A DNA stretch of 64,000 nucleotides from the human T2T-CHM13v2.0 reference genome, Homo sapiens (GCF_009914755.1 NC_060934.1); one strand, 5' to 3'; shown: positions 1-18,879, counted from the stretch's first letter. The notes: generated from the sequence alone by a model not told the origin. Program-made: numbers and translations.

Positions 1-4243
<4,243 letters not shown>

Positions 4244-4669
4244 TGGGAGAGAAACAGAAGACTAAATTGGGAGATTTCCATTCTAGAATGCAGGAGGCTT
4301 GGCAGCTTAGAATTCTTGTTGGACGTATCTGCCCAAACTTCCCTACTATCTTTGGTTTATAAACCTTTTGTTCAAATCTTCCTTCTATCCAAAGTTTCTG
4401 CCTTTCAGCATTTGCAACCAATTGTGATACACATCAGCCAATTCGCTCCTTACTATTCAATGGCATCCACGATGACAGTGACCATGGAAGAGACCAGTTC
4501 AGCCCAAAATTAATCCAATGCTCCGAAAATACTGGGTCGATGTTCCATTTCATTTGGACAGACATTTACTCAGTGCATTCTTAAGACAAGGTGTTCCATT
4601 AGCTGCACAATCCCTATATTTAAGAAGTTTGCAATCTAGGGGTATGTGAAACCATTAAAAATGTTTTCT

Positions 4670-4963
4670 GGCCAGTGTGGTGGCTCACACCTGTAAACCC
4701 AGCACTTTGGGAGGCGCAGGCAGGTGGATCATGAGGTCAGGAGTTCAAGACCAGCCTGTCCAAGATAGTGAAACTCAGTCTCTACTAAAAATACAAAAAT
4801 AAGCTGGGCATGGTGGCAGGCACCTGCAATCCTAGCTACTCAGGAGGTTGAGGCAGGGAATTGCTTGAACCCGGGAGGCAGAGGTTGCAGTGAGCCAAGA
4901 CTGTGCCACTGCACTCCACCCTGGGCAACAGAGCAAGACTCATTTCAAAACAAACAAAAAAAA
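4670..4963 (+). mobile_element. AluS (Sg-like)
   Basis: Dimeric Alu with A tail; ggatcatgaggtcaggagttc. Confidence 0.93.
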
Positions 4964-5819
4964 GTTTTTTAAAATGCTGGAAGCAATCAACACTGTCTTC
5001 ACTCTCTTTTGTCTTCATGGTGCAGGCAACATTGAACCTCATTTCCTATTTGAATTGCTCCCAGCCAATTCCCTAGGTCCCTCAATTACAGCATTGGGCT
5101 TGTATTCACTCTCTGTAGGTGGCTCTATCTTTGAAGCAAACAAACCAGGCGATGGGGCAGAGATGGGTGGATATCTCTCTTGGGGAAATAAATCATAAAT
5201 CATGTTTTACTTCTGTTTTGAACTTGGGTTTTTGTGTGTGTCAGGAGAAGACATGTCAACTGATATTTATGGAGCTCAGCACCATGCCGGGTATTTCAAG
5301 CTCTCAGTCCACATTTGCTGTGCACCTACTATGTTCCAGGCTCAGTGGCAGGCCCCGGGGAAGCAGTGATGGAGAGTTTACAGCCCCTCTATTTCTGCAC
5401 ACAATAATAATTAACTAATTAAATATTATTCAGTCAGCTAAGTATCTTCACTCGAGCATTTAGGAATGTGTAATCCAAGTGAGGACTGTAAAAGCCTAGA
5501 GAGAAAAACCTAGAGAAAAGCAATAAAGACTATATGAATTGCACACTATAAAGAAAGAAAGCATAATTTTACTCAATGTCCTCTGCGAAAGGTCATTGTT
5601 ATCACATTTCAATGAAATTACATTCCAGGTATAGCAGCAATGTTATGTAACAATCCTCAGTTAAACTAATAGAAAAATTTCTCAGTCACAAAAATAGATT
5701 AAATGCATTTCCTTTCAGCTGCCCCAAATCATAGCTTGTATTTGTTGTATTCTGTTCTGCCTTCCTGCATCTTGAAGAGAAGTGCTCCTAAATCAGATCA
5801 TTTAGCAAAAAATTCCAAG

Positions 5820-6030
5820 TTGGTTAAACCTGGGCCTAGATTTACCAATCATTAGCATGATGACCTGCAGCAAATCCTGTCATCTCTTTCAGTGTTAGGT
5901 CTCCATTTATAAAATCAGGATAATATTACCTATTTCACAGGCTTAATATATGTAATAAATGGAATGAGATAATGTATGTAAAGTGCCTGAATCATAGCAA
6001 GTGCTCAATAATTGATACTCATTATGGTCA
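5820..6030 (+). mobile_element. MIR
   Basis: Core ..ataaaatcaggataatattacct..gagataatgtatgtaaagtgcct..gtgctcaataa. Confidence 0.7.
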
Positions 6031-7489
6031 CAGTGGTCATTACTGCTATAATTATTATTGACGCTGAGACTCCCAGCTTGACACAGAGTCTGTTTTACCT
6101 TTCACATTAGATACAAAACTAATGTTTTGCCTTTCATATCAGGACAGGCATACCATCCAGCTTGTCTCTGAGAATGTCAGTTCCTTGGGAAACAGGCCCC
6201 ACCCACGCAGTCTAAGTTTTCTGGTACCCAGGCTCTTTGAATAACAGTGCTGCATATATATGCTGAAGAGGAGCTCTGGAGTCTCCCTTCATACAAATGT
6301 TATTAATATTTATAGGTTGTCTAAGGTTTTCTATTTTTTTCTTGATTTGGTAATTAATTTCATTTCAGAAATGGTTTACTTCATATTAATTTTCAGATTT
6401 ATTGGCATCCTTTTTTAATATTAGTATTCTAAAATTTCTCGTACATTAGAATTATACCTGCCTTTCCATTGTACATTTTGCTTACTTGTCACATTTAGTT
6501 TTTCTTGATAAGCCAGGGAAGAGCCACACCACGACAGTCCATGTAGGGTGGGGGGACAGCAGGACTGGCACAAGGTGACAGTGGGTGGGGGGATGAATCC
6601 CATTCACTCCCAAGCAATAGGGTGTTCTCAAATATGCCACAGTTGATGCCTATCCTGAGTTCTCTAAGTGTTTATCATCACGACTTATAAGTTTCAGGGG
6701 GCCACGGACAGCAGCAGACTAGAAATCCAACAAGGAGTGTCTACGTGAAGCCATTTCAGTTCTTCTCCCTTAATACTACCCCCAGAATTACCACTTATTT
6801 CAAAAATTCAAAAGCTGGAAAGTTTAATGTGCAAATCGAAGGCCAAAGAAATACCCAGGGTTCTGCTTGGTGTCCTGATGAATGTGTTAAAAAGAAATGT
6901 GATTAGAGAGGTGATAGAGTTAAGGAGGGAATTATGCAGCCTGCTCATGTTTTATGGATTCTGATGGAGTCGGTGGGGGAGGGGGGGCAGTGACAGCGCT
7001 CTTTTGAATAGTAATAGTCTGAAAATTGTGAGCTGCTTGTGACAATTTTTTTGGGGGTGGTGAGACTTAAAGTGCCCTCACCCCTGATCTGGATAATACT
7101 TTCAATGTATTGTATCTTTAAATACAAAAATGTTAAGGAGAACTTGATCCATTTGCACAAATGGAATGTTTTTAAAGTTTTGTTTATATATGTGGAAAGA
7201 GAGACCTGGAGAGAATGAGTCATAAAGTCACCAACACAATTGGCAACATTAACAATAATAATTTAATCTTCATGCTATGCGTGAAATCACGACAAGAAAA
7301 AAGTTTTATTTCAAGCCAGGATATAGGCAGGATTATATGTGGAGGGAGACATAGTCTTTAGTTTCCAGGCTATAGCTCCTTGTTGGTCTACCTGCTTTGG
7401 TAAGCCATAAGGATTCCAGATTCTAGACTGTTTGTGTATTATATGTGCCTAATCTGCTTCATTACAGTAATGCCTCTCCTATTTGTAGC

Positions 7490-7880
7490 ACTAGAAAGCT
7501 TACAAAGCATTTTCTTATGTATTATTTCAATTGCTTCTGTGTTGCCACAGGAAATTAAACAGCACAGGTATTATTTTCCCACTTGTACCTTTGAAAAAAA
7601 GTGAGGCTCAGAGGTTCAAAAGCCTTTGTGGGTCTAACAGGTGACAATGCTGGGCTGGGACTTGGAAGGTCACATTTGAGTTGGAATCCTAGCTCTGCCA
7701 GTTAGCCGGTGCATGACTTTGCTAAAGCAATTTATGAGACTAGCTGAGTCTCAGTTTCTTCCTCAATAAATTGTGGATGATTATACACATCTGGCCTGCC
7801 TCTGATAGGAACAGCGGTAACATGCTTAAGGGCCTACCTCTGTGTCTCACAGTGTAGGGGGCTTAGTGAGCAGTAGCTCA
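7490..7880. mobile_element. Two MIR fragments in opposite orientation (- then +)
   Basis: gtgaggctcagagg (minus core), then aatcctagctctgcca..tctcagtttcttc (plus core). Confidence 0.6.
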
Positions 7881-8159
7881 TCATTCAGCCAATTCCAACG
7901 TGGCCATACAGCATGCCTTGAGTCTAACACTGTCGTCATTAACCAAGAGTTGCCTAGCAGAATAAATATCATGAGCACATTAAAAATGATGCCAGAAAGG
8001 CATGTAAATTAATTAAATATATACAACCATGAAATATTCAGAACAGCTAGATCTAAAAGGAATTTTCAAAGAAGCCAGGCTCACTGAAATCCAGAGAACA
8101 AGTCCCCATTTGTTTTCCCTGAAATGTACTTGTGTTCTGAACATAAAGGTTTGGGTAAT

Positions 8160-8387
8160 AGGAAACACAGCAGAGGTCATTTCTAGAGGATTTGCAATTT
8201 CCCTGTCACTAATCACCATGGCACTGTGCAAGGAGGCCAAGGTAAAGGCAAAGCTACATTATCCCCAGTTTTGGGGAACTATAGCAGAGGTCATTTCTAG
8301 AGGATTTGCAATTTTTCTGTCCCTAATCACCATGACACTGTGCACGGAAGCCAAGGTAAAGGCAAAGCTACATTATTCCCAGTTTTG
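8160..8387. repeat. Tandem duplication, 2 x 114 bp, ~90% identical
   Basis: agcagaggtcatttctagaggatttgc.. at 8169 and 8283; both copies end cccagttttg. Confidence 0.95.
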
Positions 8388-8971
8388 CAGCCATTTCTAC
8401 AGATATATATTGCCCAGCTTCTTTCTTCTGCCTTGTGTGTATTCTAATTTCAGGCAGAAAGGGATGACAAGGAGTAGTTCATGAAAATAAATCTAATCTC
8501 CATGCCCTTGGCCAAAGAAAGGATCAGAAAAGATATAAAATCCCATACACTGGCAGAACAGTTTCAAATCAGACTGTGATCCAGCATCTCCCTAACAATG
8601 TGAGCCAATCTATAAATAATAAGGAAATAAAAATCTGAATTGTTATTCATGTTCTCCCTGAGGATGTGTGTGTTGTATATGTTAGTGCACCTGTGTTCCA
8701 GGGACGCACTTTACTTACAAATGAAGCGCTAATAAAATTCCACATACCTACAACTGGCCAAATCATAATAGAAGTCCTTTTAATCAGCTGGGTAGAATGC
8801 AGCATTGTAAGCAAGAAAAAACTAGTACCCTAGTTAGAGCTATGGAAATATTTCTCCATGCACTTTGTCATTCTTTGGAGGAGTTTGTGCCCTTGAGTAG
8901 CACCTCATTAATTCAGATGTCACTAGTTGCAAAGATGCAGCAGTGAAGTTGTAGGAAGATGGGTACATACA

Positions 8972-9880
8972 ACTTAGGAGGATGCCTGGTATTTTAATAA
9001 GTCATCAATAATTTTGGCTATCTTGAAAATCATCATTATTATCACTAGGAATCATAATATATAAGGTGTGTTGAGATATATCAAGCCCTGCATTTACCAA
9101 CAGCTAAGCCATATGATCCAATCACTCATAGAAGTTAACAAACTGGTGGCCATCAGTCATATAGCCCTGATCCGCCTCTGGGAATGTAAGACCACGAAGC
9201 ATTTTGATCAAAGCAAAAGCAGCCAGATGCTCCCTGCTGATTCATTACATGAACACTTGTCCAAGTGGGATGACTAAGGCAAAGGATCTGGAAATGGCTT
9301 AATTAGAAACAGACAAAGGGATTCTTGCTGATATTTTTGCCTGGACAACCAGAGTTTCTGTTTGGACCATTGCATTCAATAATTGAGGTTTAAAGCTTTC
9401 TATATGAAGCATTGATTTTACCTGCTGAACCAAGAAAGCTGGTTTTCATCTTGCAGATATGTGATGGGATTACAAACCATATCTTCTGTGCAATGAACAC
9501 AGTGAAGGGAACTGCATTAACTGTCCTAATTTCACAAAGAATAAAAGTATCCAGAGAAGGCATGCAGTAAAGGATGAACACATGTTCTACTGTGTATGTG
9601 ATTCCCCTCTCAGGACATGAGGGCAGTCCCAGTTAGTTTCTTTTGCTTGTTGTTTAGCGCTGTGTTCCAACACCACATCTGTCACAACCTGAGCGATCTT
9701 GGGCATATTCCACAGAAAGCCCCATTTTCACATTCTGCAATTACCTCTGAGGGTTGCGGTGAGGATTAAATAAAATAATGCATGAAAGACACTTACTTAG
9801 AAGGATGCCTGGTATTTTAATAGGTCATCAGTAATTTTGGCTAACTTGAAAATCATCATTATCATCACTAGGAATCATAA
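8972..9880 (+). repeat. Dispersed 86 bp direct duplication (8972-9057 and 9795-9880)
   Basis: acttagRaggatgcctggtattttaata..ctaggaatcataa, about 5 mismatches. Confidence 0.93.
9690..9845 (+). mobile_element. MIR 3' part
   Basis: agggttgcggtgaggattaaataaaataatgcatgaaag. Confidence 0.65.
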
Positions 9881-9928
9881 AAATGTGAAGAAAGAGAAAT
9901 CTATAGTCTACGCTTGGGGCAAACTAAT

Positions 9929-12190
9929 TGATATGGTTTGGCTGTATCCCTATTCAAATCTCATCTTGAATTCCCACGTGTTGTGGGAGGGACCTGGTGG
10001 GAAGTAATTGAATCACAGGGGCAGATCTTTCCTGTGCTATTCTCGTGGTAGTGAATAAATCTCATGAGATCTGATGGTTTCATAAGGCAAAGTTTCCCTG
10101 CATATGCCCTCTTCTCTGGTCTGCTGCCATGTGAGACATGCCTTTCACCTTCTGCCATGATTGTGAGGCCTCCCCAGCCATGTGGAACTGTCAGTCCATT
10201 AAACCTCTTTCTTTTGTAAATTGCCTAGTCTTGGGTATGTCTTTATCAGCAGCATGAAAATGGACTAATACAGTAAATTGGTACCAGGAGTGGGGTGCTA
10301 CTAAAAAGACACCTAAAAGTGTGGAAGCAACTTTGAAACTGGGTAGCAGGCAGAGGCTGGAACAGTGTGGAGGGCTCAGAAGAAGACGGGAAAATGTGGG
10401 AAAGTTTGGAACTCACTAGAGACTTGTTGAATGGCTTTGACCCAAATGCTGGTAATGATATGGACAATGAAATTCAGGCTGAGGTGGTCTCAGATGGAAA
10501 TGAGTAACTTGTTGGGAACTGGAGCAAAGGTGACTCTTGTTGTGTTTTAGCAAAGAGACTGGTGGCATTTTGCCCCTGCCCTAGAGATTTGTGGAACTTT
10601 GAACTTGAGAGAGATGATTTGGGATATCTGGTGGAAGAAATTTCTAAGCAGCAAAGCATTCAAGAGGTGACTTGGGTGCTGTTAAAGGCATTCAGTTTTA
10701 AAAGGGAAACAGCATAAAGGTTTGGAAAATTTGCAGCCTAACAATGCAATAGAAAAGAAAATCTCATTTTCTGAGGAGAAATTCAAGCCAGTAGCAGAAA
10801 TTTGCATAAGTAATGAGGAGCTGAATGTTAATCACCAAGATGATGGGGAAAATGTCTCCAGGGCATGTCAGAGACCTTTGCTGCAGCCCCTCCCATCACA
10901 GGCCTAGGAGATTTCGGAGAAAAAAATGGTTTCATGGGCTGGGCCCAGGGTCCCTCTGCTGTGTACAGTCTAGGGACTTGGTTCCCTGTGTCCCAGCCAC
11001 TGCAGCTGTGACTGATAGGGGCCAAGGTACAGCTGAGGCTGTTTCTTCAAAGGGTGGAAGTCCCAAGCCTTAGGCAGCTTCCACATGGCAGTGAGCCTAC
11101 AGGTGCATAGAAATCAAGAATTGAGGTTTGGGAACCTCTGCCTAGATTTCAGGGGATGTATGGAAACACCTGGATGCCCAGGCAGGTTTACTGCAAGGGT
11201 GGGGCCCTCATGAAGAACCTCTGCTAAGGCAGGGCAGAAGGGAAATGTGGGGTGGAAGCTCCCACACAGAGTCCCTACTGCGGTGCCACCTAGTGGAGCT
11301 GTGAGAAGAGGGCCACCATCCTACAGACCCCAGAATGGTAGATCTACCTACTGCTTGTACTGTGTGCCTGGAAAAGCCACGGACACTCAATGCCAGGCCC
11401 TGAAAGCAGCCAGGAGGGGGTCTATACTCTGCAAAGCCACAGGGGTGGAGCTGCCCAAGGTTGACAGAGCCCACTTCTGGTATCAGCGTGACCTGGATGT
11501 GAGACATTGATTCAAAGGAGATCATTTTGGAGCTTAAAGATTCGACTGCCCCACTGGATTTTGGACTTGCATGGGGCCTGTAGCCCCTTTGTCTTGTCCA
11601 ATTTCTCCCATTTGGAATGGCTGTATTTACCCAATGCCTGTACATCCATTGTAGCTAGGAAGTAAGTAACTTGCATTTGATTTTACAGGCTCATAGGCAG
11701 TAGGGACTTGCCTTGTCTTGGATGAGAGTTTGGACTGTGGACTTTTTAGTTAATGCTTTAATGAATTAAAACTTTGGGAGACTGTTAGGAATGCATGATT
11801 GGTTTTGAAATACGAGGATATGAGATTTGGGAGGGGCCAGGGCAGGATGATATGGCTTGGCTGTGTCCCCACTTAAATCTCATCTTGAATTCCCACGTGT
11901 TTGGGAGGCACCTGGGAGGAGGTAATTGAATCATGGAGGCAGGTCTTTCCTGTGCTGTTCTCATGATAGTGAATAAGTCTCATGAGATCTGATGGTTTTA
12001 TAAGGCGGAGTTTCCCTGCAAAGGCTCTCTTCTCTTGTCTGCCACCATGTGAGACATGCCTTTCTCCCTTCCACCACGATTGTGAGGCCTCCCAGCCATG
12101 TGGAACTGTGATTCCATTAAACCTCTTTCTTTTGTAAATTGCCCAGTCTTGGGTATGTCTTTATCAGCAGTGTGAAAACAGACTAATATA
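9929..12190 (+). mobile_element. Full-length THE1 (THE1A/B-like, ERVL-MaLR): LTR 9929-10272, internal 10273-11847, LTR 11848-12190
   Basis: Two LTRs tgatatgg...gactaataYa; internal region begins gtaaattggtaccagg; purine tract before the 3' LTR. Confidence 0.96.
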
Positions 12191-13184
12191 TTCATGGAAA
12201 TGTCAGAGAAATTTTCATGGAAGAGACAAGTAAATACAGAAATATGCAAACTAAGTAGGGAAATGTGGCAGAGACTGGAAGTCTGGTTGGGGATATTTCT
12301 GAAAGGCTGTAGATTCTAATGCTACCACCAACCACAGACATGTACTGAGTCTCTACCATGTGCCTAGCAGTGTTCTGGGCAATTTACACACTTTATCTCA
12401 CTCACTTTACATGTACTCAGCTTATTGGAAGAGTCGATTCAATAGAGTGTAAACAGGAAAAAAAAGGTATTTTTTTCCTCCTCATTATTACCCTTGAAAC
12501 ATTTTCTTTATGATAAGCCTCAATAAAATCTCAAGCAGATTCTTCATATTGTCTTGTCACTTTCATATATAATGAGTCTTATTTGGTGGAGGCTTTTTGA
12601 CAAATTCCATGTTTTCTAATATCTAACCTTTACTGTCTCAATGGAGTTAAAATTCCCTGCCCTGGGCTTAGGTTGGAATGGGCTTGGAAACCTAGAGTGG
12701 GTAGGTGGTGGTAAGCTCAGTGTTCTCTGTGTTTCTTTGCTTCACTTTTCCATTTCTCATTTCTGGCTACTAATCTGGCTCCCTTTCCTCTAGGGTTAGA
12801 GTAGAGCAGAGGAGATAAAGGGAAAGGAAAGGTTTCAAGATGTCCTGTGCTGGCTTAGAGAGTTCTCCTTGCTGGTGCTGGAACCACTTTGTGTTCTGTC
12901 TCTTGGTTCCGGGATGCCTCTACTCCTGGTCACTGGCCACTCTTCCTTGGGCCCTTCTTTGACTGCATACTCATCCCACAGGCTGTCCTTCTGGTGGGCC
13001 TCTTTATGTGATAACCAGAGCCATCTTCTGTACACACTTGGCCCACAATCTTTTCCTGATTATCCCCCTGCTGGCCACTCTACTCCCCCTGTCCTCCCAG
13101 ACTCTTCAGGCAGCTTGTCTCCTTCAGATAGTCAGGTACCCTACATCCCCCAAACTCCAAATAACACATGCAGGTGCTCACAAT

Positions 13185-13860
13185 TTAATTCATTTCAAGA
13201 ATGTATTGGACCACCACCACGTGCCAGATGCTGTTCAAGGTACTTGTATTACAGTGATGGACAAAATAAAGACTCCATCCTGATGAAACATACATTATTC
13301 AGTAGAGAGACAATTAACTAATGAACTAATTATATAAATAAATTATATAATAAATTAGAAAGTGATAGCTACTGTATTAGTCCATTCTCACACTGCTATA
13401 AAGAACTACCCGAGACTGGGTAATTTATGAAGAAAAGAGGTTTAATTGATTCACGGTTCTTCAGGCTTAACAGGAAGCATGACTGGAAGGCTTCAGGAAA
13501 CTTACCATCATGGCAGAAGATGAGGGGGAACCAAGGCACATCTTACATGACGGCAGGAGAGAGAGAGAGTGAAGGGGAAGTGCCACACACTTTCAAACAA
13601 AGAGATCTCATGAGAACTCACTATCATGAGAACAGCAAGGGAGAAGTCCAGACCCATAATTCAGTCACCTTCCACCAGGCTCCTCCCCTGACACATGGAG
13701 ATTAAAATTCAAGGTGGGATTTGGGTGGGGTCATAGAGCCAAACCATATCAGCTACCATGGAGGAAAATGAATCAGGGGAGGGAGATGGCAATCACTGAA
13801 ACAGAATTGCTGTTAAATATTCAAGGAAGAACTCATGGAGAAGAAGACTTGAAGGCAATG
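13185..13860 (-). mobile_element. L2 3' end, split by MST LTR
   Basis: aattcatttcaagaatgtattgg..gtgccagatgctgttc; resumes after the LTR. Confidence 0.6.
13373..13751 (-). mobile_element. MSTA-like solo LTR (ERVL-MaLR)
   Basis: tgtattagtcc...aaccatatca with perfect 5 bp TSD GCTAC. Confidence 0.92.
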
Positions 13861-15357
13861 GGCATTGGATGAAGATTCTCTACTCATATTCAACACTAGT
13901 TTCTTAGTGGCCTTGGGGCCCCAGCTCCTTAACTTCCAGGTGGAGGAAGGGGTTAAACTTCCCTCTTGGAAACATATCCCCTTCTACGCATGGTGGGCTT
14001 GAGGTAGAAGAAGGCATATGCCTTTCTCAAAGAAATTCTCTGTCTCCCTGTTATATCTTCATATAAACTTAAATTAACTGATGAACTATGACAATTTTAA
14101 ATAATCCCTTAGAAAATTCTATATACAAGGTTTGGGCTCCATTTTGAAACATGTATGAGCATTCCATATTTTTTTATTCTCTTAGCTTCTGGATCTCAGT
14201 CAAAATTCCAAGACAACACAAAAAGCCTTGCTTAACTTCTGACTAGGCACATTAAAGAGACTGAGGTTTAGTCACTTGATCAAGGTTCCATAAATAAGAG
14301 GCTAAACCAATTTTCACGTACACTTTCTTCTATGACATTGTTCATGAATCTTAAAAAGGTATGACTCCAGCAAACAAATAACCCAAACAAACCAAGACTA
14401 TTTAACAAGTCACATCTCAAATTGTGGCTTATTCCTGCATCAATTTTTACAAGAACCCTTAACATCCAGTCAGCTTTATGTGACACAGACTCTGCTCCCA
14501 ATTTCTCTGCTATGATGAGATCATTAAAACACAAATTTTTGAAATGATCTTCTAAAGGATATGTTTCAGTCATGTCCCAAAATGAGCAGGTAGTCCAACC
14601 CCTGGAACCACTTCCTCGACAGAAAAATACCCACTGCCATCTGCTTGTTGGGAGCGATAGTGCTCATTTACAAAAGAAAGAGTATGTTATCCTCTTAACA
14701 TCAGCTTCTCATTTTTTATTTGGTAAAGGCATATCCTTATCACTAAGACATAGTTTAGATATTTCTTCTTTTATCAGATTGCCCTAAATAATTTATAGGG
14801 TTTTTTCAAAGGATCATAATGCAATTAGTTCTAACTATGATTTGGGAAGTTAATTATCATTTTAATCACCTGTATTCAGAATTATCAAGAGAGCAGGTCT
14901 TGGGAGATATGGCTGGCAAATGATGGGAATAATTTTCTCTCTACATTATTCTTTGGACTTTTGTATACATTTTTCCTGTATACTTTACCTAGAGTGGTCT
15001 TGTAACTGGGCAACTTAACCTCAAAATGCATTTTAAACTTTTTTTTTAAATTTCTCTTGGGTTTTAAGATATAATCTTGAGGCAAACTGCAGAAACCTTT
15101 TTCCTTAGCCTTAAAATAGACTCCATGTCCCTCCCTTTCTCACTGTGTATACACCCTTCAAATTTATCTAACTGTACACTAGTACATAATCATGTGTCTT
15201 CTTAGAAGTTCCAGGGGCTAATCTTGAGACAGAAGGACCAAGTCTGGAGACCCTGCTACAAAGTTCCAGCCATTGTTGAGATGATGTCAGCCTGAGGTCC
15301 AGGTGGACTGGGACCCAAGATAGCCACCAGAACAAGACACATGGAGATTGTACTTAG

Positions 15358-15999
<642 letters not shown>

Positions 16000-16169
16000 T
16001 AAAGAATCCACTAACCTCTATCAGACTTTCTCAGCTTACAAAAAAAATTTCAAAAAGTTTGAGGGCTAATCTGACCCTTATTAAAATTACGTGGGGTTGA
16101 CAAGGCAAAGTTTTCTCATATGTCTACAAAATTTACTAATAAGTTAACTTTTCCATAACTTATTTTCTC

Positions 16170-16680
16170 CAACCATTGAGGCACAAAAACTAGAATTGTA
16201 CCATGTGACTCCATCCTGCCACCTATAGCTGCCTGGGTCAAGGATGGACAACTAACCTAGGTAACCTATTACAAGCCCCATAACAAAGCTTGGTATGAAG
16301 GACTCCATCCAAAAGGAGATGAGCTGAAGCTTACTCAGTTTCATTCTAGGGAAGTTGGAAGTGGGAAACCAAGGCACTAAGCCCTGAGTACCTAGACCTG
16401 GGGCTTGAGGCACCCACTATGAGATGGTCACGATATGCATAAATAGAGGAAGGCAGTTTCTAAAGCAAGAAGAGAAGCAAGAGAACAGAGAAAACATGAC
16501 AGAAACAGCCTTAGTGGTAATGGCTCTCTACTTACTCCCCAGTTTCAATTCCAGTAAGGCCTGGCTATTCTGTGCTTCCTCACTAGGTTTCCGTAAGACA
16601 CCTCTTTTGTCGAATAGTAAGCCTTCTATACATGGGACAGTTTGTGTTACTTGCAACCATTAATGTCTGAGTTGAAACAA
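16170..16680 (+). mobile_element. Ancient ERVL-type LTR (LTR16/33-like)
   Basis: Ends ttgtgttacttgcaacca..gaaaca, typical of old ERVL LTRs; strongly diverged. Confidence 0.4.
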
Positions 16681-16689
16681 TCCCTTACT

Positions 16690-16990
16690 GATAGCTTCTT
16701 CCTGACGGCACACAAAATAGAATCCAAAGTCTTTGCCATAGTCTGAAAGCATCTCCCGCCCTTACTCCAATATGACTGCATCTTGTGCCACTCTCCAACC
16801 TTTTCATGACACTCCAGCCCATTTGATTTGCTTTAGTTCCTCAAAAAATAAAGCTCTTTTCCACACCATGGGATGTAAGTTCCATCAAAGACTAGGGCCA
16901 TGTTGTCTTGTACACTTTTGTGTTTGCCGAGCTTAGCACAGTGCCCAGTACTTAATACATGCTGAATAAATATTTGTTGGATCATTCATA
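16690..16990 (+). mobile_element. L2 3' end
   Basis: atgtaagttccat..agcacagtgcccag..aataaatatttgttg. Confidence 0.75.
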
Positions 16991-17519
16991 GCTTGTAAGT
17001 GACAGTTAAGAGGTCAAATCCATATATTTTCATACTCTATTCATTATTTTATATTGTTTGGTCAACCAACAGCCAATCAATTTAAGTTTATAGTTTCTGA
17101 ATTATAAAATCTACAGTTATCATGAACATCTATTAACCCACATGTATTTAGTGAGACCAAAGAAGAGACATAAGAACCATAGCTGATCTGCTGATACCAC
17201 CAAAATATGCCACTAGGTTATGCTGAAAACATTTTGGAATCCAAAACAGAGAAAGATAATAGCACAAAATGTATTTAACAAAGAGTGAGTCATGTGTCCT
17301 CTCTCCTAGAGTCTTAGAAAATGTTAAACCACAAAATGAACAAATTAGCCAATTTTTAGACAGAAAATACTAAGTAGGTGAATAGAATAATTTTTCTTTG
17401 AATCAAAGGCCTGGGGGAACATTTTAGAAATGTTCTCCTGCATATTAATAATGGGCTAATAACTTACAATTACATTATATGCTTCCAAAGCTGGAGTCTA
17501 TTTTCTTCCCTTTTAAGTA

Positions 17520-17878
17520 CCAGTTGCATATCCGTTATCCAAAGTACTTGGGATCAGGAGCATTCTGAATTTTGGATTTTTCTGGATATGAAAAGATTTG
17601 CATATACATAATGAGGTATCTTGGGGATGGGGCCCAAGTATAAACACAAAATTCATTTATGTTTCATATACACCTTATACACACAGCCTAAAGGTGATTT
17701 TATACAATATTTTAAATGATTTTCTGCTTGAAACACAGTTTTGACTGTGTTCTGACTGCAACTGGTCACATGGTCAGGTGTGGCATTTTCCACTTGTGGC
17801 ATCATGTCAGCATTCAAAAATATTGGAATTTTGGAGCACTTTGGATTTTAGATTTTTATATTAGGGGTGCTCGACCTG
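17520..17878. mobile_element. Tigger4b/MER46-type non-autonomous DNA transposon
   Basis: TA flanks, degenerate TIR (..ggggtgctcgacctg), characteristic internal sequence. Confidence 0.85.
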
Positions 17879-18289
17879 TACAAGAAACATTATTTGTCCA
17901 AGGAGAAGCTGACCATAAGCCAAGGAAAACAGATATCCAGGGAGTCTGAGAATTAACTTTCCTCCTGGTGTTTCAGGAACATACCACAGAACCTGATTTA
18001 CCTGCATGTGGCAGTGCAGGTGCAACCTGGATTAAAGCGTCCACCAAGTGATTACTTGTTCCCCTCATGCAGCAGGATATGTACCCTCCTGATGGTTTGC
18101 CACACATCCAATCATGCAATTTATCCCACCAGTCTAGTCTTTAGCAGAGCACCTGTTAAGTTCATTGCCTAACTTCCTTCCCCACCCAACTGCAGGATCC
18201 GCAATACCAGGGTCTGAGTTTTGGCTGCTTTGGAATCCCCAGCAACTAGCCTCATGCTTGGCACATAGTTGTAAATACCAAGACCCATG

Positions 18290-18540
18290 AGATGCAAAAA
18301 TCCATCTTGGTTAAGAGTCCAGGTCCAAATCCTGGCTTCATAACTATGCTACATATGTGACTTTGGCAAAGTTGCTTCACTGCATTGTGCCTTAGTTTTC
18401 TTATCTGTAGAAACGATTATTAATAGCACCTACTTCACAAGATTATGGTGAGAACTGAATGATATAATGTAAGATAAGCACTCAATAGGTTCCAGCTATT
18501 ATTACTACTATTAAATTATCATCGAATGAATGAATGAATG
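18290..18540 (+). mobile_element. MIR
   Basis: ggtccaaatcctggct..tgtgactttggcaaagttgctt..gccttagttttcttatctgta. Confidence 0.8.
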
Positions 18541-18879
18541 GATGTTCTTAGAGATTTCTCAAGTTCCTGGTTTCTTGCCTTGACCCCAGAGTTCTCCATA
18601 GCTGCTTTCCCACAAAGCTTCCAGTGCTGTTGGAACCCAAGGGAGGAGATCCTTAGTACATCAAGTGGAAAATCAGGAGGCCATTGAAAGACTTATGATA
18701 AGAGTAGCAGGGAAAAGCATAGGAATAATAAAAGAGAACATCTTGTCCATTATCTGCTGGATAGGCACTGTTCTTTTTCTCCACCCTGTTGGATACAAGC
18801 ATTATCCTGAGCACTGTTGTCACCAAGTAAGGTGGGGACAGGTGAATGAGGAAGAACACAGAATCACTTTGAGTTTACC

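Noticed and set aside
8160-8387. CRISPR-like or regularly spaced array
   Set aside because: Only two contiguous units with no spacers, in eukaryotic DNA.
12869-13321. 150 aa ORF in a pyrimidine-rich stretch
   Set aside because: Non-ATG start, no recognisable domain, runs into L2; probably an old LTR I cannot name.
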